Positions 27,144 through 35,787 of a stretch of DNA of 64,000 bases are shown in pieces. The notes beneath the pieces are model-generated. The model had not been told where the DNA came from and did no database searches. It saw only the letters and a program-made list of their open reading frames with translations. The stretch is from a virus, in IMG/VR virus record IMGVR_UViG_3300030333_007705, positions 1 to 64,000 of that record; one strand, given 5' to 3'. The translations under genes and the position numbers were made by a program. How positions within the stretch are numbered: position 1 is the first letter of the stretch; each line of letters opens with the position of its first letter.

Positions 27144-27294
27144 GACTCTCCACCGCTGAGTAGTCGCAGTAAATCATGCTTTCCTCTTTGGGGAACTCGA
27201 CCAACATCGTGCCTTGGTTCGCATAGAACCTAACAATCTTGCCCGCGCCATATTCCTCTCTGCCTTTCACTATGACGGTATCACCGATTTTCAT
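27130..27294 (-). CDS. SH3/KOW-like cassette protein (54 aa, not in ORF track)
   Basis: MKIGDTVIVKGREEYGAGKIV...VESHESR*. Confidence 0.7.
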   Translation of the reverse strand: MKIGDTVIVKGREEYGAGKIVRFYANQGTMLVEFPKEESMIYCDYSAVESHESR

Positions 27295-27541
27295 TTATCT
27301 TCTCTTCTTTCTGCTTGCGAGTCAGGCGCTTGAACTTGTTCTCGGCCCGCATGGCCGAGGAACGACTAGGGTGAGGCTCCAGCAAAACAATCCTCGTGGG
27401 CCTTCTTCTTCTAGTGTATTTTGCACCACGTTTGGTGTGGTTGTGTTCGTACAACCTTCTCTCCGTGTTCGTCGTTACACCAGCATAGTAAGAACCATCA
27501 GCGCACAGTAAAACATAAAACCACCAGAGATCAACTTTCAC
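27281..27541 (-). CDS. GIY-YIG nuclease (YhbQ/UPF0213-like) embedded between connectors
   Basis: FYVLLCADGSYYAGVT..RRLYEHN..GAKYTR...AMRAE...K. Confidence 0.85.
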   Translation of the reverse strand: MKVDLWWFYVLLCADGSYYAGVTTNTERRLYEHNHTKRGAKYTRRRRPTRIVLLEPHPSRSSAMRAENKFKRLTRKQKEEKINENR

Positions 27542-28250
27542 TTATTATTTCAACGTCTTCAAAGCCAAGATAAACTTGGGTGCCTTCAAAATCCACAGTC
27601 ACGACCCTGTTGATGGCCGCTGCGACAACGACACCAATCTTGTCCTCATAGCCAATGCCGCGTCGTGTCTTCCTGCTCGAAAGTCTAACCAGATCACCGG
27701 GCTTCGGCTGAGTTGACGATTTTGATTTCTGAATATCTCGCACTTCTCTTTACCCCGTTTCTCAAATCCAGCAGCCTATACATTTGCTCACCAAAGGGCA
27801 CTCCTTCTCTCGGCAGCTTTTCTAGAACAATATAGTAACGCCTTGTCTCATATAAAACAGAAACTAAATCACCCGGCTTCACTGAGAACCTCGACCCAGC
27901 CACTTGTGATAGCGCTCAGGTCCATTGGCATCGCTTCTCCGTTATTGGAGGGCCACAAGACAAGCTGGGTGCGCGACGGGCTATGAATGAGGGCACGCTC
28001 TACTAATGCGCCGACGATGATGCCAACGTCACCCTGGTCTACATCACGCACTAAGCTGCCAATCGGAATCGAGGTCATCGTGTTTCATCTCCTCAAGGCT
28101 TGCCTCTGCATAGGTGCCCTGCGTTCCTGACTCGTCGTCGAGCCATAAAATCCTGTAGTTGTTGTCGCCAAGTGAGCTTGTTACTACACCTAATGTAGAC
28201 TCCAAAACTTGACCGTCAATCTTCATGTGAACCAAATCACCAGTAATCAT
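27531..28250 (-). CDS. Four SH3/KOW-like cassette genes (27531-~27707, 27694-27882, 27869-28078, 28044-28250)
   Basis: KPGDLV, MKPGDLV, PIGSLV, MITGDLV starts; EIISES*, NSAEAR*, EVLSEAG* ends. Confidence 0.65.
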
Positions 28251-28444
28251 TTTCCCACGTCCTTCGCCATGTTGGCGCTTGAAATATACATGTAGCCGCC
28301 CTTGTTGTAGGCTGGCGCAGTGCATTTTGCCTTGAATAGAATCTGTCTTGTCGCGATGGCGTCACCGCACTCCAAGCAGGTGTTGTAGCCGAGCGCCTTG
28401 CGGCGGTCAGAATACTCATCGTCACACTTAATACAAATAGCCAC
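28247..28444 (-). CDS. DksA/TraR-type C4 zinc-finger small protein
   Basis: CIKCDDEYSDRRKALGYNTCLEC. Confidence 0.6.
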   Translation of the reverse strand: MAICIKCDDEYSDRRKALGYNTCLECGDAIATRQILFKAKCTAPAYNKGGYMYISSANMAKDVGK

Positions 28445-28463
28445 GTCGTCTCCATTGTAAAGG

Positions 28464-29018
28464 CTAGAAAGTAAGTTGTAGTTGCCGACCCTGCGGGTTG
28501 GTCTGTTCTTCCTTAACTATAGGCACCGTCATAACAAAGTCAAGCATGTCAATGTGCTTAACTCCTCTTTCGCCTGTGTCGTCTTCATAAGAGACATAGG
28601 CTGTACGATCGCCGCCCCATGCTATGGTCCTTGAGCCGTCTGCGCTTAGGGCCTGAACAACCTCAAAGAGTTCACGCTCATACATCGTGTACATCGTTTC
28701 GCCATCGTCGTCTTTGTGCCAAAACTCTTCTCCTAGCACGGCGAAAAAGTGCTCAGTCAAGTCGCGACCGTCAACCTCTTCTTCCCAATAGCAAGTCTCG
28801 CTGTATGCTTCCAGATTGCCGTTGTCGGTGTCAACGTAGAACTCAACCCAACCTTCGGGAACAGGTCGGTGCAGTTGACTTGGCTCATGCTTTCGCCAGT
28901 AGAGATAAAACCCTTCGTGGTCATAGCTGAGAAACTTGTCGCAAAAGTGTTCAATAACTTTTTCTGCTATCTCAGGCCCACACTTGGGCTTGAAGCAATA
29001 GCTTGCTAAACTTGGCAT
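28464..29018 (-). CDS. Hypothetical acidic early protein
   Basis: SD AGGAGG; promoter at 29036-29063. Confidence 0.65.
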   Translation of the reverse strand: MPSLASYCFKPKCGPEIAEKVIEHFCDKFLSYDHEGFYLYWRKHEPSQLHRPVPEGWVEFYVDTDNGNLEAYSETCYWEEEVDGRDLTEHFFAVLGEEFWHKDDDGETMYTMYERELFEVVQALSADGSRTIAWGGDRTAYVSYEDDTGERGVKHIDMLDFVMTVPIVKEEQTNPQGRQLQLTF

Positions 29019-29070
29019 GTCGTCCTCCTGCCTAAAGTATAGTTACGTGTGTGTACGAGTAAAATATTTT

Positions 29071-29489
29071 TTACCCAGAAACCTCGAACTCAGTGTCATC
29101 TAAGAGTAAAATCCTATCACCACACAAGACTCGATAAACATCTCCAGGCCAAAGATCCGCTTCCGATGGGAGTTCCTCGGAATGAAGCCCAACGATGAGT
29201 CCGTGGGTACACTTACCAAGAGCCAACTCTTCAGGGTCGTGCAGCTTGACTAGGGTGCCGATAGTGAACTTTGCAGCCATATTCCTGAATCTAGTTTATC
29301 GTCGCTGAGAATGGTGTCAACGCTTTCACTTGTTACACTTAGTTTGTCATCTGGCCACACAACAGTGACAGCCAAATACTCGCCTTCCATCGTGCTTGGT
29401 CGGTACATAAAAGGCTCGTCAGATGTTACCAATCCCCATTCAGTTTCGCCGTCCAGATTGACATAGCCGATCAAATCGCCTTTGTTCAT
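29071..29489 (-). CDS. Two SH3/KOW-like genes (29071-29280, 29250-29489)
   Basis: FTIGTLVKL; MNKGDLI. Confidence 0.6.
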
Positions 29490-29579
29490 ATTAAAAACCC
29501 ACCCTATCCCGCCGCGTTCATTCACGGCCCAACCAGTACCTACACTATAGGGACGACAATCTACAGTGTAAAGGTAGTT

Positions 29580-30362
29580 CTACCTCTGATCAACAATGTT
29601 GTTGATGACCCACTTCTCCACCTTCTTCTCATCAAGAACCTCTGGTGTGACCAGACAATCCTCGCTGAGGTCACAACGAGACAGCAGCGTGCAAGTGCTA
29701 TTGCTCGGCTGCCGATACCACTCGTCTTGAGGAATGTCATCGATGTTCAGGAACTCTGGCGGCATGTAACAACTGCCGTTAGTGTAGCTTCGGTCAGACC
29801 AAGAGTCTTTCTTGGGTACGACATACTGAAACTTGATGGCTCCTGAAATGCCGTAGAAGTATTGATCTCTAGTGATTGCATGACTGGGCGCAACAACCCC
29901 CAGGTCCACCGACTGAATGACAGCCATGATGTGCTTACCGTCCCCTTCTTGTCCGACACTGACAAGAGCACCGGGGCCGAAGCCAGCATCCAACATGCGA
30001 GAGATTACTTTCTTCCGAATGTCAAGCGTCTTCGCCAGTTGCTCTGCCGTCTGGCGCTTACGCTCAGGGCAGGTGCGTCGGGTGTGGCCCACGTCGCCGC
30101 AGAAACCACACTTGCGGTTCTGGCCGCGAGTTTCCATCTTGTGGAGTGCCTCTTTGGCGTTACGAAGGTAGCGCTCAGTGTTAGTTTTCTCCCACTCTCT
30201 GGAGAACTTGTCTTCTGCCAACTCTTTCGTGTAGCGTTCGATGTTCTCTTTAAGGTCTACCTTTCGCTTGGGGCAGGCGCTCTTGTTGTGGCCCTTCTCG
30301 TAGCAGTATCCGCAGCGCACCGTGCGCTTGTAGTTTCCGTTCTCGTCAGTAATGTATGCCAT
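29580..30362 (-). CDS. Protein with two CCHC zinc knuckles
   Basis: CGYCYEKGHNKSAC and CGFCGDVGHTRRTC. Confidence 0.8.
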   Translation of the reverse strand: MAYITDENGNYKRTVRCGYCYEKGHNKSACPKRKVDLKENIERYTKELAEDKFSREWEKTNTERYLRNAKEALHKMETRGQNRKCGFCGDVGHTRRTCPERKRQTAEQLAKTLDIRKKVISRMLDAGFGPGALVSVGQEGDGKHIMAVIQSVDLGVVAPSHAITRDQYFYGISGAIKFQYVVPKKDSWSDRSYTNGSCYMPPEFLNIDDIPQDEWYRQPSNSTCTLLSRCDLSEDCLVTPEVLDEKKVEKWVINNIVDQR

Positions 30363-30410
30363 TGGGTCGTCCTCCTGTGGCTTTCGGGTACATCTAAACT
30401 ATAGTCACGC

Positions 30411-30936
30411 TCATTCGGCTGTAAACAGTTTAATGTATTTTGTGTGCTCTTTGTAAATATAGATGCGCTGGCCGTCAGGTCTAGCGAAAAGGTGCGCGTC
30501 ATCATATTGGACCGAATCTCCATTCATGCCACCATAAGCCTTCTTCAGTCCCAAATAGATTAGTGGCCCGGTGGACAATGCTCGCTTCATAAAATCGTCC
30601 GAGCGATAACCTCTTTCATAATCTTGCTTGCTCATTCGGTGCAACGCCACCCTGACCGCTTTTTCTTTTGCCATAGGCGCTGCTACAACATATACTCTAG
30701 GGTCTGAGCTTATGGTGTAGATCTCTGATTTCTTTAGCTTTCTAGTTCTCATTCAGGGTTCCGATATTCCATCGGGCTATGTACCTGTATTCGCCCTCAA
30801 CTAAAATCCTGGCGTATGAGCCTCCGTCTAACATCTCGATAATCAAGAACGGAGTCCTGTCACGATAAAGCCGCACGAGCCAAGGACTGTCTCCAGTTGA
30901 TGTGCTGTTCACGTATGCAAGTGTGCCTGCCTTCAT
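30411..30936 (-). CDS. Two small hypothetical genes (30411-30752, 30742-30936)
   Basis: Coupled ORFs after promoter 30943-30970. Confidence 0.55.
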
Positions 30937-31019
30937 GTAGACATTATAATCACTTGCGCGTGTCAGTAAAGAACTTGCGTGACCGCGAGCACAAAACTAT
31001 GGCGTATGCCAGCATAAAA

Positions 31020-31481
31020 CTATCCATTATCTTTAACCTCATCCATCGCTTCAAGCGTTTTCTGTAGAACCTGCAAGGCTATATTATCCTCAGAGGTTTT
31101 CTCCACCATGTCTTGCACGGCCTCGATGGCCTCGCCCACAGCTTCCATGTTTTCTTTCATCTTGTCGATTACTCGATCCAAAACTTCAAACTGCCCATCA
31201 CTCGCCTGGGCACGTAGGACCATAAAATCTTGTGTGTTCATGCTGCTGCCCGCAGCATAAAAACCCTCGACTGCTTTATCTTTCTGCTCCTGCGTAAGCT
31301 CGTCCGACTTGTTTTGATTTTGCTTTTGCTCGACGTTTGTCTCGCTCAAGTTATCTTGAGTCGAAGAGCTAGGGTCCATAGCCCTTACTGCCTGCGAGTT
31401 GAGGCTTGGGCCAATACTTTCAATGCTCATTCTTTCCTCGAAACTATCTTTATCTCTGTATCCTGTTAGTGGTAGGTACAT
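31020..31481 (-). CDS. Hypothetical helical protein under late-type promoter
   Basis: GCTATTTA upstream; coiled-coil C-terminus. Confidence 0.6.
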   Translation of the reverse strand: MYLPLTGYRDKDSFEERMSIESIGPSLNSQAVRAMDPSSSTQDNLSETNVEQKQNQNKSDELTQEQKDKAVEGFYAAGSSMNTQDFMVLRAQASDGQFEVLDRVIDKMKENMEAVGEAIEAVQDMVEKTSEDNIALQVLQKTLEAMDEVKDNG

Positions 31482-31506
31482 TGTAAAATAAATAGCTCCG
31501 AAAAAG

Positions 31507-32026
31507 TTATTTAGAATGTCGCATGTAAAACTTTCGATCGTGCGCGGCGTATGATGCCCTAAGATATGCAGTCACCTGCTCTTTTGTGACGATAAAACTT
31601 TGAGCCTCCATCGCCTCCATGATGTCCTTTATAATATCTTTCGGCGGATCATAATACTTGCCTTGAGACTTTAGAAGTTTCTTGTAGCCTTTGACACGAT
31701 CGGCCTTATACTTGGAAAATATTTGCTTGTTGCCTTTCATCTTCCACCGTGCTTCTTTGTTTGCCTTCGGCAAAGCTGATACATTCACAGAGGGCAGTTA
31801 GCTCTCGCTTTGTATCGACAACTTTCAGTTCGTCATTACGATATTCGTAACGAGTCAAATCCTTTTTGCGAAGGTCACGCAGAGTTGTCATGGCGCGCTC
31901 GTAAGGCTCGTCACTAAACCACTTGACCTTCCAGAAGGCCCAGCCACCTCTCATCTTCTTTTCAGTTGTAACACCAAAGCGCCTAATGCCTTGATACTCC
32001 TGAAAAACTACATCATTGATTTTCAT
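31507..32026 (-). CDS. Two hypothetical genes (31507-31740, 31706-32026 SH3-like)
   Basis: Overlapping ORFs; MKINDVV...WKVKW. Confidence 0.55.
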
Positions 32027-32585
32027 TTTCCTTTCCTTGGCCAGACTCAACATCGTCTGGATTGAACTTTTCTACTTCAATCGGCTCAAACCAAACCACT
32101 ATGTCCATGTTTCCCGTTCGGTAAAACGCGCCTCGATATTGAGACTCGCCCGGTTCAATAAGTAGCTTTGGTGGTGCGCCATATTTTGATTGTCGGGGCA
32201 CACCAGCGAGGCTTCGCAATATTGCGTCCACATCTGGCGTCACCCTCCCAGGCACTACTGACTTTTTTATAAGACCAAGGGGGTCTTGCGCCAAATCATA
32301 TATCTGATTTGTCGGCACAAAAACACTGAAGAGTGACGAGCCTTCTTTGACCATCCTTTCGGCGTGGTCGAGATTTGTGTAGAAAAAAACTCTCGGCAAA
32401 TCAGATGCCTCGTAATCTCTCCTACTATAGCTGTGGCGGTGCTGTAAAAAATAATCAGGATCCAAAGTCAGCTTTTGCTCGCTCGACTTTGAATAGTGAT
32501 ATAGTCTTATTGCGCCGTTCACCTCATAATCGCTCAACGCCTCTGTGAGTAAAAAACTTCGCCAGTTCTCAAACAAGTATTTCAT
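32013..32585 (-). CDS. Leader-bearing protein, possible ADP-ribosyltransferase-like fold
   Basis: MKYLFENWRSFLLTE; RLYHYS...LDP...RVFFY...IYDL. Confidence 0.5.
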   Translation of the reverse strand: MKYLFENWRSFLLTEALSDYEVNGAIRLYHYSKSSEQKLTLDPDYFLQHRHSYSRRDYEASDLPRVFFYTNLDHAERMVKEGSSLFSVFVPTNQIYDLAQDPLGLIKKSVVPGRVTPDVDAILRSLAGVPRQSKYGAPPKLLIEPGESQYRGAFYRTGNMDIVVWFEPIEVEKFNPDDVESGQGKENENQ

Positions 32586-32614
32586 ATAAAGTAAGTAGTT
32601 CATATTACATGATT

Positions 32615-32691
32615 TGGCACGCCCGACTGGATTCGAACCAGTGACCTACGGCTTAGAAGGCCGTTGCTCTATCCAGCTGAGCTACGGGCGC
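32615..32691 (-). tRNA. tRNA-Arg(UCU)
   Basis: GCGCCCG acceptor, anticodon loop with TCT, GGTTCGAATCC, CCA end. Confidence 0.95.
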
Positions 32692-32696
32692 TCACC

Positions 32697-33071
32697 CTAT
32701 TCGAAGCTCGTGCCAAACTTGCTAGTCTTGTGCCGTGAAACTTCATTCAGGCGTCTAGCCAGCGCAGCCAAGTGCTTGTAGTCAACTCGGTAAGCCGAAT
32801 GACCAGCAGTTGCTTCGCCACTCAGCTTCTTCAACTCAACGCCCTTCTTGCGATATTTAGTCGCTCGCCCCCGAAGCTGCTTGAAGCCACTATTACGGCT
32901 TGAGTAAAACGTCTTCCCTGGGCGGTGGGCTTGCCGCTGCCAAGCATCCTCAATCTTGTCATACACCTCTGATAAAGATTCGCAAAGCTGCCAGGTGACA
33001 ACAAAAGATTCTGAATCTAGGCTAGCCTTCTCTCTCGATTGAAGGCGAAACTTGATATTTATATTAGACAT
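32697..33071 (-). CDS. Hypothetical basic, probably DNA-binding protein
   Basis: SD AGGAGG; RATKYRKKGVELKKL. Confidence 0.6.
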   Translation of the reverse strand: MSNINIKFRLQSREKASLDSESFVVTWQLCESLSEVYDKIEDAWQRQAHRPGKTFYSSRNSGFKQLRGRATKYRKKGVELKKLSGEATAGHSAYRVDYKHLAALARRLNEVSRHKTSKFGTSFE

Positions 33072-33243
33072 GCTTAATCCTCCTATGTCATACTAAGACT
33101 ATAATAACAGTTCAAGTTAAGTTAAGTCTTTGTTTCAATAAAGCAACTAAAGCACCGCATATAGCACAAGTGCTATAACACCAGTAGCTACGCCAATGAG
33201 GGCGCCCTTGAAAAGTCCATCTCCACTAAATCTATCTGCGTAA

Positions 33244-34173
33244 TCATTCATGATTTTCTCCTAGTAAGTCTCGCATTTTAAACAGCCCAAGTTCTTTGTG
33301 CTTGCACTCCAACATAACATCCAAATCCAGATCGTAAAGATCGATCGGAGTCCAATAGGAATCAGAGTGCGCGTTGTCTCGAATCTTAGGGTCATTGTAT
33401 TCGACGGATCTGGACTGTGAGTAGTGTACGACAGGACGAACATCGCCCCATGTCATGCACGCAGTCAACAGAGCCTCTTCTTCGTCTTGGCCACCGGTGC
33501 AGAACTTGTGGTGGTGATAGTCGAAGACGATTGGAATCCCAATACGACTATGAACCTCGTCATATAGTTCCTTGGTTGAGTACAGGCTAGCCTTATCATC
33601 ATTCTCGACGGTCAACCTAGAGCGCACAGACTCAGATAGTCGCTCAAAGTTGCGACAAAAATTATCGATTGCCATCGGCTTGTTGTTATAGTGTGCGCCA
33701 ACATGAATATTAATCTTGGCATAAGGCGTGCGCGGAAGACCCATGAGATCAAAAATCTTGCCATGATTTTCCAAGTCAACAATGGTGTTTGCTACAACAT
33801 GTGGCGTCGGACTAGTGAGCTTGTTGAATGGACCAGGGTGCGTCGTAATGCGCTGACCATACAACTTTGCTAGATCGCCGGCGCGTCTAAGAGACGCGGC
33901 GATCGCTTTGAAGTCTGGCAACTCCTCTAGTTCATATTCACTGTACCAGGGTACAATATCTGAGGACATGCGATAAAACTTAATGTCATTGTCTTCGTTC
34001 CATTGTATGATACGCTCTAGGTCTAGACAGTTTTGTAGTGCCAACTCAGAGGCATACGGCAAACCTTTAGCATCAAAGGTCTTACGAATCATTGAGCGAT
34101 TTGTAGTAACGCGCTTAGACTTGGGCTGGTTACTCAAGCCCATGTTGATGCATGCGTATCCTAGATTATACAT
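33244..34173 (-). CDS. uvsE: UV DNA damage endonuclease
   Basis: LGYACIN, FYRMSS, HPGPF, INIHVG, LTVENDD, FDYHHH, HSD, MLECKHKE. Confidence 0.93.
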   Translation of the reverse strand: MYNLGYACINMGLSNQPKSKRVTTNRSMIRKTFDAKGLPYASELALQNCLDLERIIQWNEDNDIKFYRMSSDIVPWYSEYELEELPDFKAIAASLRRAGDLAKLYGQRITTHPGPFNKLTSPTPHVVANTIVDLENHGKIFDLMGLPRTPYAKINIHVGAHYNNKPMAIDNFCRNFERLSESVRSRLTVENDDKASLYSTKELYDEVHSRIGIPIVFDYHHHKFCTGGQDEEEALLTACMTWGDVRPVVHYSQSRSVEYNDPKIRDNAHSDSYWTPIDLYDLDLDVMLECKHKELGLFKMRDLLGENHE

Positions 34174-34191
34174 ATTATCCTCGTGTGTGAA

Positions 34192-34268
34192 TGGTGGGCT
34201 CTCTCGGACTTGAACCGAGGACTACCCCGTTATGAGCGGGGGGCTCTAACCAACTGAGCTAAGAGCCC
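34192..34268 (-). tRNA. tRNA with CAU anticodon (probably Ile2/lysidine, otherwise elongator Met)
   Basis: Cloverleaf, CTCATAA loop, paired G1-C72 (not initiator), CCA. Confidence 0.9.
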
Positions 34269-34277
34269 GAAATATAA

Positions 34278-34364
34278 TGGTAGCCCCGGCGGGACTCGAA
34301 CCCGCAAGCCCATACGGGCGACAGATTTTAAGTCTGTTGTGTATGCCAATTCCACCACAGGGCC
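34278..34364 (-). tRNA. tRNA-Leu(UAA)
   Basis: CTTAAAA loop, long variable arm, GGTTCGAGTCC, CCA. Confidence 0.95.
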
Positions 34365-34369
34365 GAGAC

Positions 34370-34663
34370 TTAACAGCTTGGTACTACGTAACAACCAGTC
34401 TTGTCACACTCTTCAAAAAACTTATCGACTGCTGTATCATATTCGGATCCAGAATCGATATCCGGCCCTGCATCATGCAAGACATCGGAATCATTATTCG
34501 AATCAGGTTCTGGCGTGGAATCAGTATCACGTTCTAGCTCCACGGGCACCAGAATAACCTCTGGGTCGCGATCTCCGAACTGTGCGCTGCACTCGCCTAC
34601 AATGCCAGATGCAATCACAATCATTGAAATTAAGGCAAACAGCCCTACCGCTTTGTAACTCAT
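34370..34663 (-). CDS. Small membrane-anchored acidic protein
   Basis: N-terminal hydrophobic segment; D-rich; SD GAGGAGG. Confidence 0.55.
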   Translation of the reverse strand: MSYKAVGLFALISMIVIASGIVGECSAQFGDRDPEVILVPVELERDTDSTPEPDSNNDSDVLHDAGPDIDSGSEYDTAVDKFFEECDKTGCYVVPSC

Positions 34664-35046
34664 TTGTTCCTCCTCTTGACTTTAAGATAGACACAAACTT
34701 GTTTCTTGTAAACACTTAGTCTTCGCTGGTTTCAATTAAGCGTGACAGCTTTGCTCTGATGGCGTTAACCATCTTGATCCTTGAATCAGGCGTACCGGAC
34801 TGATAGTCGATTGCCTGACGAAGCAAGTAAAGCTCTTTCAAGACATTACGGATAACTTCGTCCTTCGGATCAGGAACATATACTCGCATCGAATACTCCT
34901 CCTAAATCATATTTCTATGACGACAACTCCCCTGCTCTCGTCGTCACGCTTTTCTGACTCTTCTTGTTGTTTCTTAGCCCACTCCTCAAAGCGGCGCCGC
35001 TCCTCCTCAGAAGGCGCAGGGATCTGTAGGTATGGGCGCTCTTGAG

Positions 35047-35232
35047 TCATCGACCTTGACCCCTGCTTGGCTTACGCCGGCGACGTGCTGCTGAAGGGGG
35101 TGAACCGGCTCGCTGACCGTTGATAAAAGTCTCTCCGCCAGCCGCCGGCTTCTTACTGTACTTGCCCTCGCCCTGTCTCGTAGTCTTCTTCTCGCTTAGA
35201 GAAGAACTCTTTGGGTTTCCATATCTAGACAT
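35047..35232 (-). CDS. Small basic protein
   Basis: KKTTRQGEGKYSK...RKPSRGQGR. Confidence 0.55.
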   Translation of the reverse strand: MSRYGNPKSSSLSEKKTTRQGEGKYSKKPAAGGETFINGQRAGSPPSAARRRRKPSRGQGR

Positions 35233-35707
35233 TGAATAACTCCTTTTCTATTGCTCTGTCCATCATTGTGATTCCGTGCAAATGGTCAATCTCGTGCTGG
35301 ACGCAAACACACTCAAGCGGATTTTTTTGAAAAGAAAAAATCAACTGCTTGTTGTGATTAGATGCGTCGACAACAATATCTGTCCATCGCTCAGTAATAA
35401 CATAGTCACCGGGAAAGGACAAACAACCCTCTTGAAAAAAGCTTTTTCCAAAATGGCCTACAATCCTGGGATTGACTAAGATAATCGGGCGCACAACATT
35501 TACAACGCACACGGCAGCGTCGACACCAACTTGGTTTGCTGCAAGCCCGACGCCATCTTTGTTTTCTTTTAGGATTTCTAAAAGCCTGTTACCAACGACC
35601 AAGCCTTCGGTCACTGTTGCACAAGGTTTGACGACCCTCTTAAGGATCTTCTGGTCGGTGACGTACTCCACTATGTCCCGACTCCATTCTCTAGAATGTA
35701 TAAGCAT
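35225..35707 (-). CDS. def: Peptide deformylase
   Basis: GVGLAANQVG, EGCLS, QHEIDH. Confidence 0.93.
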   Translation of the reverse strand: MLIHSREWSRDIVEYVTDQKILKRVVKPCATVTEGLVVGNRLLEILKENKDGVGLAANQVGVDAAVCVVNVVRPIILVNPRIVGHFGKSFFQEGCLSFPGDYVITERWTDIVVDASNHNKQLIFSFQKNPLECVCVQHEIDHLHGITMMDRAIEKELFNV

Positions 35708-35787
35708 AAAAATAAACTTGAAACTAGGGCAACCATCCAGAACCTAACTCTTCGCTCTGACTGGTCATTTTCCATCTTTAAGCCCCC

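Larger units (their letters stand above)
13463..30970 (-). promoter_or_regulatory. Family of about 16 early/middle promoters TTTAC(T/C/A)-N16/17-TAYNNT
   Basis: 13463-90, 15624-51, 16223-50, 17035-62, 18514-41, 19907-34, 20625-52, 20789-816, 22840-68, 23363-90, 25188-215, 25668-95, 29036-63, 29544-72, 30398-425, 30943-70; conserved CGTGCC/GGTTCC/CGTGAC just before the -10. Confidence 0.8.

Noticed and set aside
20825-28250. Classical integron
   Set aside because: There is no tyrosine integrase in the window, and the connectors lack attC-type inverted repeats (RYYYAAC...GTTRRRY).
31020-31481. FlgD-like flagellar protein (MNTQDFMVL)
   Set aside because: The resemblance is limited to a few residues and there is no other flagellar context.
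34277-34557. Plus-strand ORFs at 34277 and 34339
   Set aside because: Antisense to tRNA-Leu and the 34370-34663 gene.
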